Assembly: GCA_965203355.1 (NCBI GenBank)
Contig: OZ241889.1
Span: forward strand, 3,552,001 to 3,616,000
Length of the DNA: 64,000 nt
Reading direction: 5' to 3'
Source: Candidatus Latescibacterota bacterium
GTDB taxonomy: Bacteria > Latescibacterota > UBA2968 > UBA8231
The stretch's first letter is position 1; every line of letters begins with the position of its first letter. The translations under genes and the position numbers were made by a program. This document shows positions 39,837-49,216 of this stretch, in pieces. The notes under the pieces are model-generated. The model saw nothing but the letters and a program-made list of their open reading frames with translations, had not been told where the DNA came from and ran no database searches.

Positions 39837-42800
39837 ATGCTGATCAAATCCCTCCTATTCGCCACCGCGGCCTTCTTTCTGCTATCGGTTACGGCCTTTA
39901 ATCCAGCCACCATAGCGCGCTGGATGGAACGGGCCATCGGCTGGGAACCCCGGCGCGAAGTGCCCGCGACCAGCGAAGCCCCCTCGCTGCGCGAAGCCGT
40001 CGCGCAAATAAACGCCGCCGACCTAGCGCACCACCTCCGCATCCTCACCGCCGACTCGTCCCGCGTTACCGGCTATGCGGGAGCCACCAACGCAGCCCGC
40101 TATATCGAAGGGGCATTCCGCCGACTCGGCCTCCAAGTCACCAGCGAATTTTTCCCCCTTTCCGTTCCGCTAGATCGCGGGGGTCGGCTGCGTTTGGTCG
40201 GCTCGGACGAATCCATCCCCATCTACGGGTTGTGGCCCAATCACGTGCGCACGCCATCCCTGCCACCGGGCGGCGTCTCCGGCCACCTCATAGACTTGGG
40301 GCGCGGCAGTTTGGCCGCGATGGATGGAAAACGGCTAGCAGGTAGTGTCGCGCTGATGGGATTTGGCTCGGGCAACGCCCACGTCCAAGCGCGGGCCTTG
40401 GGCGCACAAGCTATCCTGCTGTACGACGATGGTCGCGTCACGCGCAGCCAGGCCGCGGAAAAATTCCTCCAAGTGCCCGTGGACATCCCGCGCTTTTGGG
40501 TGGAAGCGGCCGACGCCGAACTCCTGCGGCAACACGCGCCCAGCGGCAACGCCCACGTGCATCTCACCGCGCGCATGGATTGGGAGTCGGTCCAGGCACG
40601 CAACATATTCGCCGTGCTCCCGGGCTTGGCCGAGGACATGCCGCGCGGTCAGCGCCGCGAAATCCAGCCGTGGGACGAGCAAATCATCGTCCTGCAAGCA
40701 CACTACGACGCGATCTCGGTCGTCCCGGCGCTGGCCCCGGGCGCCGAGAACGCGACCGGCATGGCGGCACTGCTCGAAATCGCGCGTTTGCTCGTCGCCG
40801 AAGGCACCCGCTACACCGTGCTCTTTTTGGCCACCCCCGGGCACTTTCAAGGCTTGGCCGGCGTCAACGATTTTCTCTACCGCCACGCGCGCAAAAGCGC
40901 GCATTTTCGCGACCAGATCCCGCCCGCCGACCGCATTGACTTCCGCCTCTTCATCGGCCTCGACTTGGCCAGCCACAGCCCGCAAGTCGGCAGCTTTACC
41001 CTGGGCACGTTCTACAACTCGGCTTGGCGCAACGACGACTATCAAAAAAACCTGATGGCGCACTACGCCTCGCGCTTTGCCCGCTACAACCGCGAGATTT
41101 TCGCGGACTCAACGCGCTACCAAGACGCCATTGCCCCGCCGAAGCGGGTGTGGAAAAACTTCATGCCCGTGCGCCTCGCGCTCGACAGCGAGGCCGCGGC
41201 TTTCGTGGGCAAAGAATCGCTCTCCTTCGTCACGCCCAACCAACTGCGCCAGCGCGTTGACACGCCCCTCGACCGGCTCGAATTCGTCGCGCTCGACAAC
41301 CTCGCCGAACAGACTCGCACCCTAGCCGGGCTATTGCTCAAGGCCGCTTCCGACCCGGACTTTTTCAACGACACCAAGCTGACCCTACGCGACTGGGGCC
41401 ACAGCTTAGCAGGCAACATCTACTGGTTCGACCGCGACGTGAATTTTGCCGTGCCCAAGGCCCCGGTGCCCAACGCTCTGGTCACCTATCTCCAGCCCGG
41501 CCCCAACGCCGTGGCCGGCGTGCGCACCCTTATGGCCACGCACGGAGACGAGAGCGGCTACTTCAAGTTCGACATTGTGCGCAACCGCTTTGCCAACCGG
41601 ATCCAAGCCTTTGAACTCGACGAATACGGGCGCATCGTCTCGGCCCCGGACCTCGGCGAAGAAGGCGACAAAACCTATCCGGGCACCCAGCCGTATGGCT
41701 GGTGGGAAAACCGCATGTTGCAGGTCCTGTTTCGCTGCCGCGCCCTGAGCTTTTTGGAGGTGGTTGATCCGCGCTACCTATCGGCCATGGACCGCGTCAA
41801 CGTCCTCGGAGCCAACGACGCGCCGCCGCGTTCCTTTTCCCTCAGCTACATCGAAAACCAGAGCGCCGGGCAAGACCGGGTGGTGCAGGCGGGCGTGGTG
41901 TTCGCCGAGCCGGGCACCCGCGTCAAAATTCTCGCGGGCGAGGGCGCTTTTGGCGGCGAAAGTGCGCTCGCTGGCGTGCGCTACATGCTCACCAATGCGG
42001 ACTCCGCCCTGTTCGCCGACCTCGATCCGGCCCGCGTTGATCTGGCGACCATTGAGCGGGCACAAGGCGCGGGCTTCCGCGTCGAACAAGGACTCATCCC
42101 CTACCCGGCCTGGCAAGCCGCCCGCGACATCTGGATCATCAACGAGGCGCGGATCAAACAAATGGTGCGCCACGGCATCGTCCTCGACCAGCTACAGGCC
42201 ATGCACGAACAAGCGCGCGCTGCCCTGCTCGAAGCCAGCGACAAACGCGCGGCGTTCGATTACACCGGCTACCAGCGCGCCGTCCGCCGCGCCCTCGGGC
42301 TGGAGGCCCGCATCTACCCGGAAATCAAGGCCACGGCCAACGACGCGGTCCGCGCGGTAATTTTCTACTTCGCGCTCCTGTTGCCCTTTGCCTTCTTCTG
42401 CGAGCGTTTCTTCTGCGGCTTCCCGGACGTGCGGCGGCAAATCGCCGGCTTTGTCGGCATCTTCGTCCTCGTGTTTTTGATTCTGCGCTTTGTCCATCCA
42501 GCCTTCAAACTGAGCACCTCGCCGTACATCATCTTTCTCGCGTTTGTCATCCTCGCTTTGGGCGTCCTCGTCATTTTCATCGTCGTGGCGCGCTTTAAGG
42601 CCCTTTTACAACGGCGCAAGGGCGCAGCCGCCGGCCTGCACGAAACCGACGTGGGCCGGATCGCCGCGGGTTTTGCGGCCGTGTTGTTGGGCATCTCCAA
42701 CTTGAGCAAGCGCCGCCTGCGCACCGCGCTGACCGCCGCGACCCTGACCTTTTTGACCTTTACCGTCAACTCCTTTACCTCGGTCAAGTCCAGCTTCGAC

Positions 42801-44429
42801 TTCTATCGCCTGCCGCGCGACACCCCGCCTCTGTACGAAGGCGGCCTCATCCGCGACCGCGCTTGGCGCGGCCTACAGGATTCCATCTTGGACTACGTGC
42901 AGAGCGCGTTTGGCGACCGCGCTTTGGTGGTGCCGCGCGCTTGGTATTTGTCGCCGGTCGAATCCGAGCGGGCCTTTATCGACCTAACCGCCACCGCCAC
43001 CGGCGCGGCCAGTTTCGCGCATGGCGTGGTGGGCCTACAGCCGGCTGAAGCCCAGGTAACGGGCCTGGACGCGCACATCTCGGCGGGCCGCTTCTTTGCG
43101 GCGGGCGACGACCAGGTCGTCATCTTGCCCGACAGCCTAGCCGCGCTCATCGGCATTGGTCCCGAAAACGTGGGCACGGCGTCCATCGCGCTATACGGCG
43201 AGGAGTACCAAGTCATTGGCCTGTTTGACAGCGCGGCCCTGAAAGAAGTCGTCGATCTCGATGGCGAGCGTCTGACGCCGGTGGATACGGTCAAAGACGC
43301 CGGCCTCATCGCGCGCGAGAGCACCGAAGACCCACGCGCCTTGGCCGCCACCGCGGTCGAAACCTTCAACCACCTCGAAGTAATCAACACCCTCTTCTTG
43401 CCCTATGAGCGCGTCCGCGCCATGGACGGCCGCCTGCGCTCCATCGCCATTGCTGCGGACGCGGGCGACCCGGAATTTGTCCAGCGCGTAGAGTCCTTTA
43501 TGTCGCGGGTCGCGCTGACCCTGTTCGTCGGCCAAGGCGACCGGGTCGTGGCGTACAGTTCGATCGGCTCCACCCAAATAAGCGGGGCCGGCCAACTCTT
43601 GGTGCCGATCATCATCGCCGCCTTGATCGTGCTCAATACCATGATGGGAGCCGTGTACGAGCGCGTGCGCGAAATCGGCATCTACAGCGTGGTCGGCTTG
43701 GCCCCCAGCCACATCGGCCTGCTATTCTTGGCCGAGTCCACGGTCTTTGCCACCTTTGGCGCGGTGGTCGGTTACGTCCTCGGCCAAGTCGCCCATCTGT
43801 TCATGCTGCAATACGGGCTGCTGGCCGGCCTGACGCTCAACTACTCGTCGCTGTCGGCGGTGTGGGCTACGATCATCGTCATCGGCACGGTCTATTTATC
43901 GACCTTGTATCCAGCGTGCCTAGCGGCCAACATGGCCGTCCCGGACGTGACGCGGCAATGGCAATTCCCCCCACCCGCTGGCGACCACTGGCGCTTTGAC
44001 TTTCCCTTCACGGTCGGCGGGGCCGAAGTGCCGAGCATGTACGTGTACCTCAAATCGGTTTTCGCCGCCTACGGCGAAGGCTCAATCGGCGACTTCATCG
44101 CCCGCGACATCGAGCTATCCGTCACCCCGGACGGGCCGGAGCCATCCTACGCCATTGCCATGAGCACTTGGCTGGCTCCCTACGACCTCGGCATCAGCCA
44201 ACAGGTACGCCTACGGGCAACTCCCACGGGCGAGCACCGCATCTACAAGATCGAGACCCACATCGAACGCCTCAGCGGCGACGTGGCCTCTTGGCAGCGA
44301 ATGAATCGCAAATTCCTCAACGTGCTGCGCAAGCGATTCCTCGTCTGGCGCACTCTGGCGCCGGGGATCCGCCAAGAGTACCACACGCGGGTGTCGGCCG
44401 AATTTGCCCACAGCGCGGAACCGACATGA
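39837..44429 (+). CDS. M28 peptidase-like domain + FtsX/MacB-like permease fusion (1530 aa)
   Basis: SRVTGY.G, PA-like insert, AHYD...GAENATG; TM block; MacB-like periplasmic domain (GRFF); FtsX motif VYERVREIGIYSVVGLAP...FLAE. Confidence 0.85.
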   Translation: MLIKSLLFATAAFFLLSVTAFNPATIARWMERAIGWEPRREVPATSEAPSLREAVAQINAADLAHHLRILTADSSRVTGYAGATNAARYIEGAFRRLGLQVTSEFFPLSVPLDRGGRLRLVGSDESIPIYGLWPNHVRTPSLPPGGVSGHLIDLGRGSLAAMDGKRLAGSVALMGFGSGNAHVQARALGAQAILLYDDGRVTRSQAAEKFLQVPVDIPRFWVEAADAELLRQHAPSGNAHVHLTARMDWESVQARNIFAVLPGLAEDMPRGQRREIQPWDEQIIVLQAHYDAISVVPALAPGAENATGMAALLEIARLLVAEGTRYTVLFLATPGHFQGLAGVNDFLYRHARKSAHFRDQIPPADRIDFRLFIGLDLASHSPQVGSFTLGTFYNSAWRNDDYQKNLMAHYASRFARYNREIFADSTRYQDAIAPPKRVWKNFMPVRLALDSEAAAFVGKESLSFVTPNQLRQRVDTPLDRLEFVALDNLAEQTRTLAGLLLKAASDPDFFNDTKLTLRDWGHSLAGNIYWFDRDVNFAVPKAPVPNALVTYLQPGPNAVAGVRTLMATHGDESGYFKFDIVRNRFANRIQAFELDEYGRIVSAPDLGEEGDKTYPGTQPYGWWENRMLQVLFRCRALSFLEVVDPRYLSAMDRVNVLGANDAPPRSFSLSYIENQSAGQDRVVQAGVVFAEPGTRVKILAGEGAFGGESALAGVRYMLTNADSALFADLDPARVDLATIERAQGAGFRVEQGLIPYPAWQAARDIWIINEARIKQMVRHGIVLDQLQAMHEQARAALLEASDKRAAFDYTGYQRAVRRALGLEARIYPEIKATANDAVRAVIFYFALLLPFAFFCERFFCGFPDVRRQIAGFVGIFVLVFLILRFVHPAFKLSTSPYIIFLAFVILALGVLVIFIVVARFKALLQRRKGAAAGLHETDVGRIAAGFAAVLLGISNLSKRRLRTALTAATLTFLTFTVNSFTSVKSSFDFYRLPRDTPPLYEGGLIRDRAWRGLQDSILDYVQSAFGDRALVVPRAWYLSPVESERAFIDLTATATGAASFAHGVVGLQPAEAQVTGLDAHISAGRFFAAGDDQVVILPDSLAALIGIGPENVGTASIALYGEEYQVIGLFDSAALKEVVDLDGERLTPVDTVKDAGLIARESTEDPRALAATAVETFNHLEVINTLFLPYERVRAMDGRLRSIAIAADAGDPEFVQRVESFMSRVALTLFVGQGDRVVAYSSIGSTQISGAGQLLVPIIIAALIVLNTMMGAVYERVREIGIYSVVGLAPSHIGLLFLAESTVFATFGAVVGYVLGQVAHLFMLQYGLLAGLTLNYSSLSAVWATIIVIGTVYLSTLYPACLAANMAVPDVTRQWQFPPPAGDHWRFDFPFTVGGAEVPSMYVYLKSVFAAYGEGSIGDFIARDIELSVTPDGPEPSYAIAMSTWLAPYDLGISQQVRLRATPTGEHRIYKIETHIERLSGDVASWQRMNRKFLNVLRKRFLVWRTLAPGIRQEYHTRVSAEFAHSAEPT

Positions 44430-46336
44430 CCGCGCGCGCCTTGCTCATCGGCTTGGGCCTCGTAGTGCTGATCAACATCGGGGCTCCGTACAGCATGTTC
44501 ATTCTCAAGTCCTCGCAGTGGGCGATCAGCTATCTGCCCTTGAGCGTGGTCTTTCTCTTTACCGGCTTGGTCTTTCTCAACGCCACGGCCAAGTCGCTGC
44601 TAAAAGTGCGCGGCCTCGTCACCAGCGAACTCGGCTTGATCTTCATCATGTCCTTGGTCGGCGCCTCGATTCCCACTTGGGGCACTTCTACGTACCTGAT
44701 CGCCGTCATCGCCGCGCCCCAGTATTTTGCCTCGCCCGAAAATCAGTGGCAGAGCAAGGTCGTGCAGTACATAGAAGAATGGCTCGTGCCCAACGACGCG
44801 ATTGCCCTCAAGTGGTTTTACAACGGCCTACCCGCGGGCGAATCCATTCCTTGGGGGGCTTGGATCGTGCCGCTTTTTTGGTGGACCAGCTTGGTGATGG
44901 CCATTTTCTTTTTGTGTCACTGCATGGTCGCGGCACTGCGCAAGCAGTGGGTCGAGTACGAGCGTCTGCCCTTCGCGCTGATGGAATTGCCCCAGCAACT
45001 CATCGCCCCGCCATCGGGCACTAACTGGCCCAGCTTCGTGCGGCAAAAGGCGTTCTGGTTCGGCTTTGCCCTGCCCTTCTGCGTGGTCATGTGGAACGTG
45101 GTCTCGTACTTTACCCCGGCCTTTCCCCCCATTCCGCGCGATCTGTCCGATCCCATTCGCATTGGCCGCGAATTTCCCGCCATCAACACCAACATCAACT
45201 GGGCCATCGTCGGCTTTGCGTATTTCGTCAATCTCGACGTGTCCTTCAGCATGTGGTTTTTCACGGTGCTGACCATGCTGCAACAGGGCCTGTTCAACCG
45301 CTTTGGCTACACTATTGCTGGCCGCGATGTGTACACCCTCGGCCACCCCGGCATCGGTTGGCAGTCATTCGGCGCGTTGATCGCCCTCGTCGTCGGGATG
45401 TTGTGGATGGCGCGCGGCCACCTCGGCGCGATCTGGCGCAAAGCCGTGCACAACGATGCAGACGTCGACGACTCAGACGAGTTGATGTCCTATCGGATGA
45501 TCGTCTTTGGCGGCGGGTTGGCCCTGCTGTACATCGCCTTTTGGCTGTGGCGGGCCGGCGTGAACCCCCCCGCGATCGCGCTCTTCATCTTGGCCACCTT
45601 GGTGCTCTACGTCGGCATTACCCGCATCATCATGGAGGGGGGCTTGCTCTTCAGCCGCGCCCCGCTAGTCGGCCAGACCTTCGTCGGCTACGCACTCGGG
45701 CCGCACGCTACCGCGCAGAGCCACATCGTCATGGGACTGTCCTACGGCTGGCACCACGAGCTCAAAGGCTTCTTCATGGTCGCGGCGGCCAACAGCGCCA
45801 AAGTGTCCGACCACGTCCGCGGCAACCGCCGCTGGCTGAGCTTCTACATCTTCCTCGCGGCCCTCGTAGCCCTGATCGTCTCCATGGCCTTTGCGCTCTA
45901 CATGGGCTACTCCTATGGCGCGTACAACTACGGGGGGTGGATCTTCGGCACCGGGTCGCAAGTGCCCTACGTGGAAAGCCTGCGCAAAATCGACCTCAAG
46001 GCCCCGGATTGGACGCGGTTGGGCCACCTCCTGAGCGGCGCGGGGGCCATGGGGCTGCTAACCTTTATGCGCTACCGCTTCTCGTGGTGGCCCCTGCACC
46101 CGATCGGCATGCCGGTCGGCATCTGCTCCTACCCCATGACCATCATCGTCTTTTCGATCTTCGTCTCTTGGCTGGCCAAATGGGCCATCATGCGCTCGGG
46201 CGGCATCGGCCTCTACCACCGCGCCCAGCCCTTTTTCATCGGCCTCATCCTCGGGTACTTCACCGCGATTGGCCTGTCCTTTTGCATTGACATGATTTGG
46301 TTCCCCGGGCAGGGGCACCCGCTATACGGAAACTAG
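44426..46336 (+). CDS. DUF6785/DUF6784-like polytopic membrane protein (OPT-related)
   Basis: W..W..PL.WW, LRKQWVEYERLPF, WWPLHPIG, PFFIGLILG; ATG overlaps the upstream TGA. Confidence 0.8.
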   Translation: MTARALLIGLGLVVLINIGAPYSMFILKSSQWAISYLPLSVVFLFTGLVFLNATAKSLLKVRGLVTSELGLIFIMSLVGASIPTWGTSTYLIAVIAAPQYFASPENQWQSKVVQYIEEWLVPNDAIALKWFYNGLPAGESIPWGAWIVPLFWWTSLVMAIFFLCHCMVAALRKQWVEYERLPFALMELPQQLIAPPSGTNWPSFVRQKAFWFGFALPFCVVMWNVVSYFTPAFPPIPRDLSDPIRIGREFPAINTNINWAIVGFAYFVNLDVSFSMWFFTVLTMLQQGLFNRFGYTIAGRDVYTLGHPGIGWQSFGALIALVVGMLWMARGHLGAIWRKAVHNDADVDDSDELMSYRMIVFGGGLALLYIAFWLWRAGVNPPAIALFILATLVLYVGITRIIMEGGLLFSRAPLVGQTFVGYALGPHATAQSHIVMGLSYGWHHELKGFFMVAAANSAKVSDHVRGNRRWLSFYIFLAALVALIVSMAFALYMGYSYGAYNYGGWIFGTGSQVPYVESLRKIDLKAPDWTRLGHLLSGAGAMGLLTFMRYRFSWWPLHPIGMPVGICSYPMTIIVFSIFVSWLAKWAIMRSGGIGLYHRAQPFFIGLILGYFTAIGLSFCIDMIWFPGQGHPLYGN

Positions 46337-46339
46337 CGC

Positions 46340-48322
46340 ATGGCCAAAGACCACCCCAAAGCACCCGAGCTGATTCCCGCGGATCTCCAATTTGAACCGG
46401 GCTTCAACCTCAAGACCTTGTGGGCCGCGCTCTTCGTCGGCTTCATCATGCTGCCCGGGGCCATCTACTTGGGGCTGGTGACCGGCCAGAGCATGGCCGG
46501 CGGGGCCGAGTGGGTAACGCTCATCCTCTTCATCGAAATCGCCAAGCGCTCCTTTGCCCGCCTGCGCACCCAAGAGGTCATCATTCTCTACTGGGTGGCC
46601 GGCGGCTTGGTCGTGATGGGCGGCAAGCTGGGCACCGGAGCCGAGCTGTTTGGCGGGCCTTTTGGCGGGCTGATCTGGGACCAGTACTTGATCCAATCGC
46701 CCCAAGCCGACGGCTTGCACCAGTACATCCCCGACTGGGTAGTGCCGCCGCGCGGGTCGCCAGCGCTGGCGGGACGCTCCTTTTTGCACCCGGCTTGGCT
46801 CAAGCCCATCGCCCTGCTCCTGACGGTCATTGTGATGCAGAAGATCAACAGCCTGTCCTTGGGCTACGTGCTGTTCCGCATCACCAACGACATCGAGCGT
46901 TTGCCGTACCCGCTCGCCGCAGTGCAGGCCGGCGGCGCGACCGCCCTCGCCGAAAGCGCCGGGCCGAGCCAAGGCTGGCGCTGGGAGGTCTTTAGCATTG
47001 GGGCCTTTATCGGCATTGTCTGGGGGCTGTTCTACGTAGTTATTCCCACGATCTCGGGCATTTTCTTTACCGAAACCGTGACGATCCTGCCGATTCCGTT
47101 CATCGACCTAACCGTCTCCCTCAAGGGAATACTGCCGGCCAGCATCATGGGCATGGGCACGGACCTCGGGCACGTCATGGTCGGCTTTGTCCTGCCCTTT
47201 TGGATTGTGGTCGGCTCCTTTGCCGCGGCCTTTCTCGTCAACATCCTCGTCAACCCGCTGCTCTACGCCTACGACGTGCTGCACACTTGGGAGCCGGGCA
47301 TGTCGGCGATCCCAACCCAGATCGCCAATTCCTTTGACTTCTGGCTCAGCTTCTCCATTGGCGGCGCCGTCCTCGTGGCCGCGATGGGTTTTGCCATGGT
47401 GGGCAAGACCTTGTGGACTTTGCGCGGGGTTAAGCGCGAGGGCCACGACGGCCGGCTGCCCGCCGGACGCGGCGACATCCCCATCCCTTTCGCCTTGGGC
47501 ATCTGGGCGGTGAGCACACTCGGCTTTGTGGTCTTGGTGTGGTATTTGGTGCCGGAATTCCCTTGGTGGATCAGCGCGTTCTTCGGCTTTGTGTGGACGC
47601 CGATCTACTCGTATATCGGCGCGCGCATGATCGGCCTGACCGGCTCGCCGCAAGGAGCGGCCTTCCCCTATCTGCGCGAAGGCTCCTTTTATCTGTCGGG
47701 CTATCAGGGCGCGGCCGTGTGGTTCGCGCCGATTCCGCTCTTCCAGTGGGGCTACGAAGCAGCGGCCTTCAAGCAACTCGAACTGACCCGCACCCACTTC
47801 GGCAGCATCGTCAAACTGGCCGGCGTTACGTTGCTGATCATGTTTGTCTGTTCGTTTGTGTTCTGGTCTTTTATCTGGAAGCTCGGGCCGATTCCCTCGG
47901 CAGCCTATCCCTATGTGCAGAAGTTTTGGCCTTTCCACGCCACCATGCAGGCGTTCTGGGCCAAGTCAACGCTCGCCGAAGGCGGCAACGAGCTGATCAA
48001 AACCATCATTCGCTGGGAATACGTGCTCACGGGCGCGTTGAGCAGTGCCGGGATTTTGGGCGGGCTGGCGCTCTTGCGCTGGCCGATCGCCCTGTTCTAC
48101 GGATTCATCGGCGGCGTGGGCGCGTGGCCGCACTTTCTGCTGCCCAACTTCATCGGCGCCTTGCTGGGCCGCTATCACTTGCAGAAGCGCTTTGGCGAGG
48201 CACGCTGGCGGGCGTACGCGCCGATTCTGTTGGCCGGCTATTCGTGCGGGATGGGCTTGGTCGGCATGTCTTCCATCGCGCTGGCGCTGATTTCAAAAGC
48301 AGTGTCGAGCATTGTTTTTTAG
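46340..48322 (+). CDS. OPT-superfamily-like membrane transporter
   Basis: About 16 hydrophobic segments; MLPGAIYLGL, DIERLPYPLA, GPIPSAAYPY, PILLAGYSCG. Confidence 0.7.
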   Translation: MAKDHPKAPELIPADLQFEPGFNLKTLWAALFVGFIMLPGAIYLGLVTGQSMAGGAEWVTLILFIEIAKRSFARLRTQEVIILYWVAGGLVVMGGKLGTGAELFGGPFGGLIWDQYLIQSPQADGLHQYIPDWVVPPRGSPALAGRSFLHPAWLKPIALLLTVIVMQKINSLSLGYVLFRITNDIERLPYPLAAVQAGGATALAESAGPSQGWRWEVFSIGAFIGIVWGLFYVVIPTISGIFFTETVTILPIPFIDLTVSLKGILPASIMGMGTDLGHVMVGFVLPFWIVVGSFAAAFLVNILVNPLLYAYDVLHTWEPGMSAIPTQIANSFDFWLSFSIGGAVLVAAMGFAMVGKTLWTLRGVKREGHDGRLPAGRGDIPIPFALGIWAVSTLGFVVLVWYLVPEFPWWISAFFGFVWTPIYSYIGARMIGLTGSPQGAAFPYLREGSFYLSGYQGAAVWFAPIPLFQWGYEAAAFKQLELTRTHFGSIVKLAGVTLLIMFVCSFVFWSFIWKLGPIPSAAYPYVQKFWPFHATMQAFWAKSTLAEGGNELIKTIIRWEYVLTGALSSAGILGGLALLRWPIALFYGFIGGVGAWPHFLLPNFIGALLGRYHLQKRFGEARWRAYAPILLAGYSCGMGLVGMSSIALALISKAVSSIVF

Positions 48323-48347
48323 GCGTTGGGCGCGCCGCTCAGGTTGT

Positions 48348-48396
48348 AAAATGCCCCCTTTTTTGTACATTGTACGTACGAAAAAGGGGGCATTTT
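48348..48396. repeat. 16-bp perfect inverted repeat (bidirectional terminator or operator)
   Basis: AAAATGCCCCCTTTTT ...17 nt... AAAAAGGGGGCATTTT, between the operon end and the ATPase remnant. Confidence 0.8.
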
Positions 48397-48404
48397 TATT
48401 CATT

Positions 48405-48653
48405 TTGTATAGAACGGCTGAACATGTGCTGGCCCAATGGTTGGCCGCTCCACAGCGAAAACCGCTGGTCATCCGCGGCGCGCGCCAAGTGGGCAAATCC
48501 ACCCTAGTACGGCAATTCGCTCAATCCCAGCGCCGACACCTCAACGAAATCAACCTCGACATGACCTTGCTCTCGCTGCCGCTTTACTTGGTGGGGCAAC
48601 TGGGCCGCCTGCTGGACCGGCTCAGACAGGGCACAGCCCCTCAACGCCGCTAA
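48405..48653 (+). pseudogene. Internally deleted AAA_14/DUF4143-family ATPase
   Basis: N-terminus RKPLVIRGARQVGKSTLV...INL is joined directly to the family's usual C-terminus LLSLPLYLVGQL; only 82 codons. Confidence 0.8.
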
Positions 48654-48720
48654 CGGCAACGCGAAATATCCGCATTCCAGCCGCGGCAAAAATGGCTGCG
48701 GTAACGAGCAAAGACCGGCC

Positions 48721-49149
48721 TTACTCTTTTGCTCCACTGGCAATCCACGCGCGGATGATCGCCACCTGCTCGGGGGACAACGGGGCGCCCGGCGGCATTT
48801 GCTGGCTGACGATTTCGTCGTCGCCGCGCACCTTTATCAGCAGGTACGACTCATTGGGATTGCCCGGATCCACCAGCTTAAAACCGGGCCGTTGGCCGCT
48901 GGCAACGCCGACGATGCGCGCGGCAAAGTCGCCCTCCAGCGACAGACCGGCCGCTGGCGCGACGCCGCTGTGGCAGCCCGAAAAGGTGCAACTAACCGCA
49001 AATACCGCGCGGACTTGTGCGAGGGTAGCTTCGGTGGGCGACCCCTCGCCTTGGCTGTCTGGCCCCACCGCCGAGTCATCGCCCCCACAGCCGCCCCACC
49101 ACAGAGCCGCAATCAACAGCAGCGACAGACGCATAAGTCGTAGCAACAT
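48721..49149 (-). CDS. Small lipoprotein with an atypical c-type cytochrome motif (CX4CH)
   Basis: Lipobox WGGC; SCTFSGCH; VDPGNPNESYLLIKV; QMPP; IRAWIASGA (Planctomycete cytochrome c-like). Confidence 0.75.
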   Translation of the reverse strand: MLLRLMRLSLLLIAALWWGGCGGDDSAVGPDSQGEGSPTEATLAQVRAVFAVSCTFSGCHSGVAPAAGLSLEGDFAARIVGVASGQRPGFKLVDPGNPNESYLLIKVRGDDEIVSQQMPPGAPLSPEQVAIIRAWIASGAKE

Positions 49150-49216
49150 AATTCGTTCCTCGTAGCAATTGATGGTTGCGCCGTAAGCGCGGCGCAAGTA
49201 TATAAACCACCGCTTG

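Noticed and set aside
39837-44429. Cell-division FtsX or MacB efflux pump
   Set aside because: No FtsE/ATPase domain, no MacA/TolC, and the architecture is much larger with an M28-like head.
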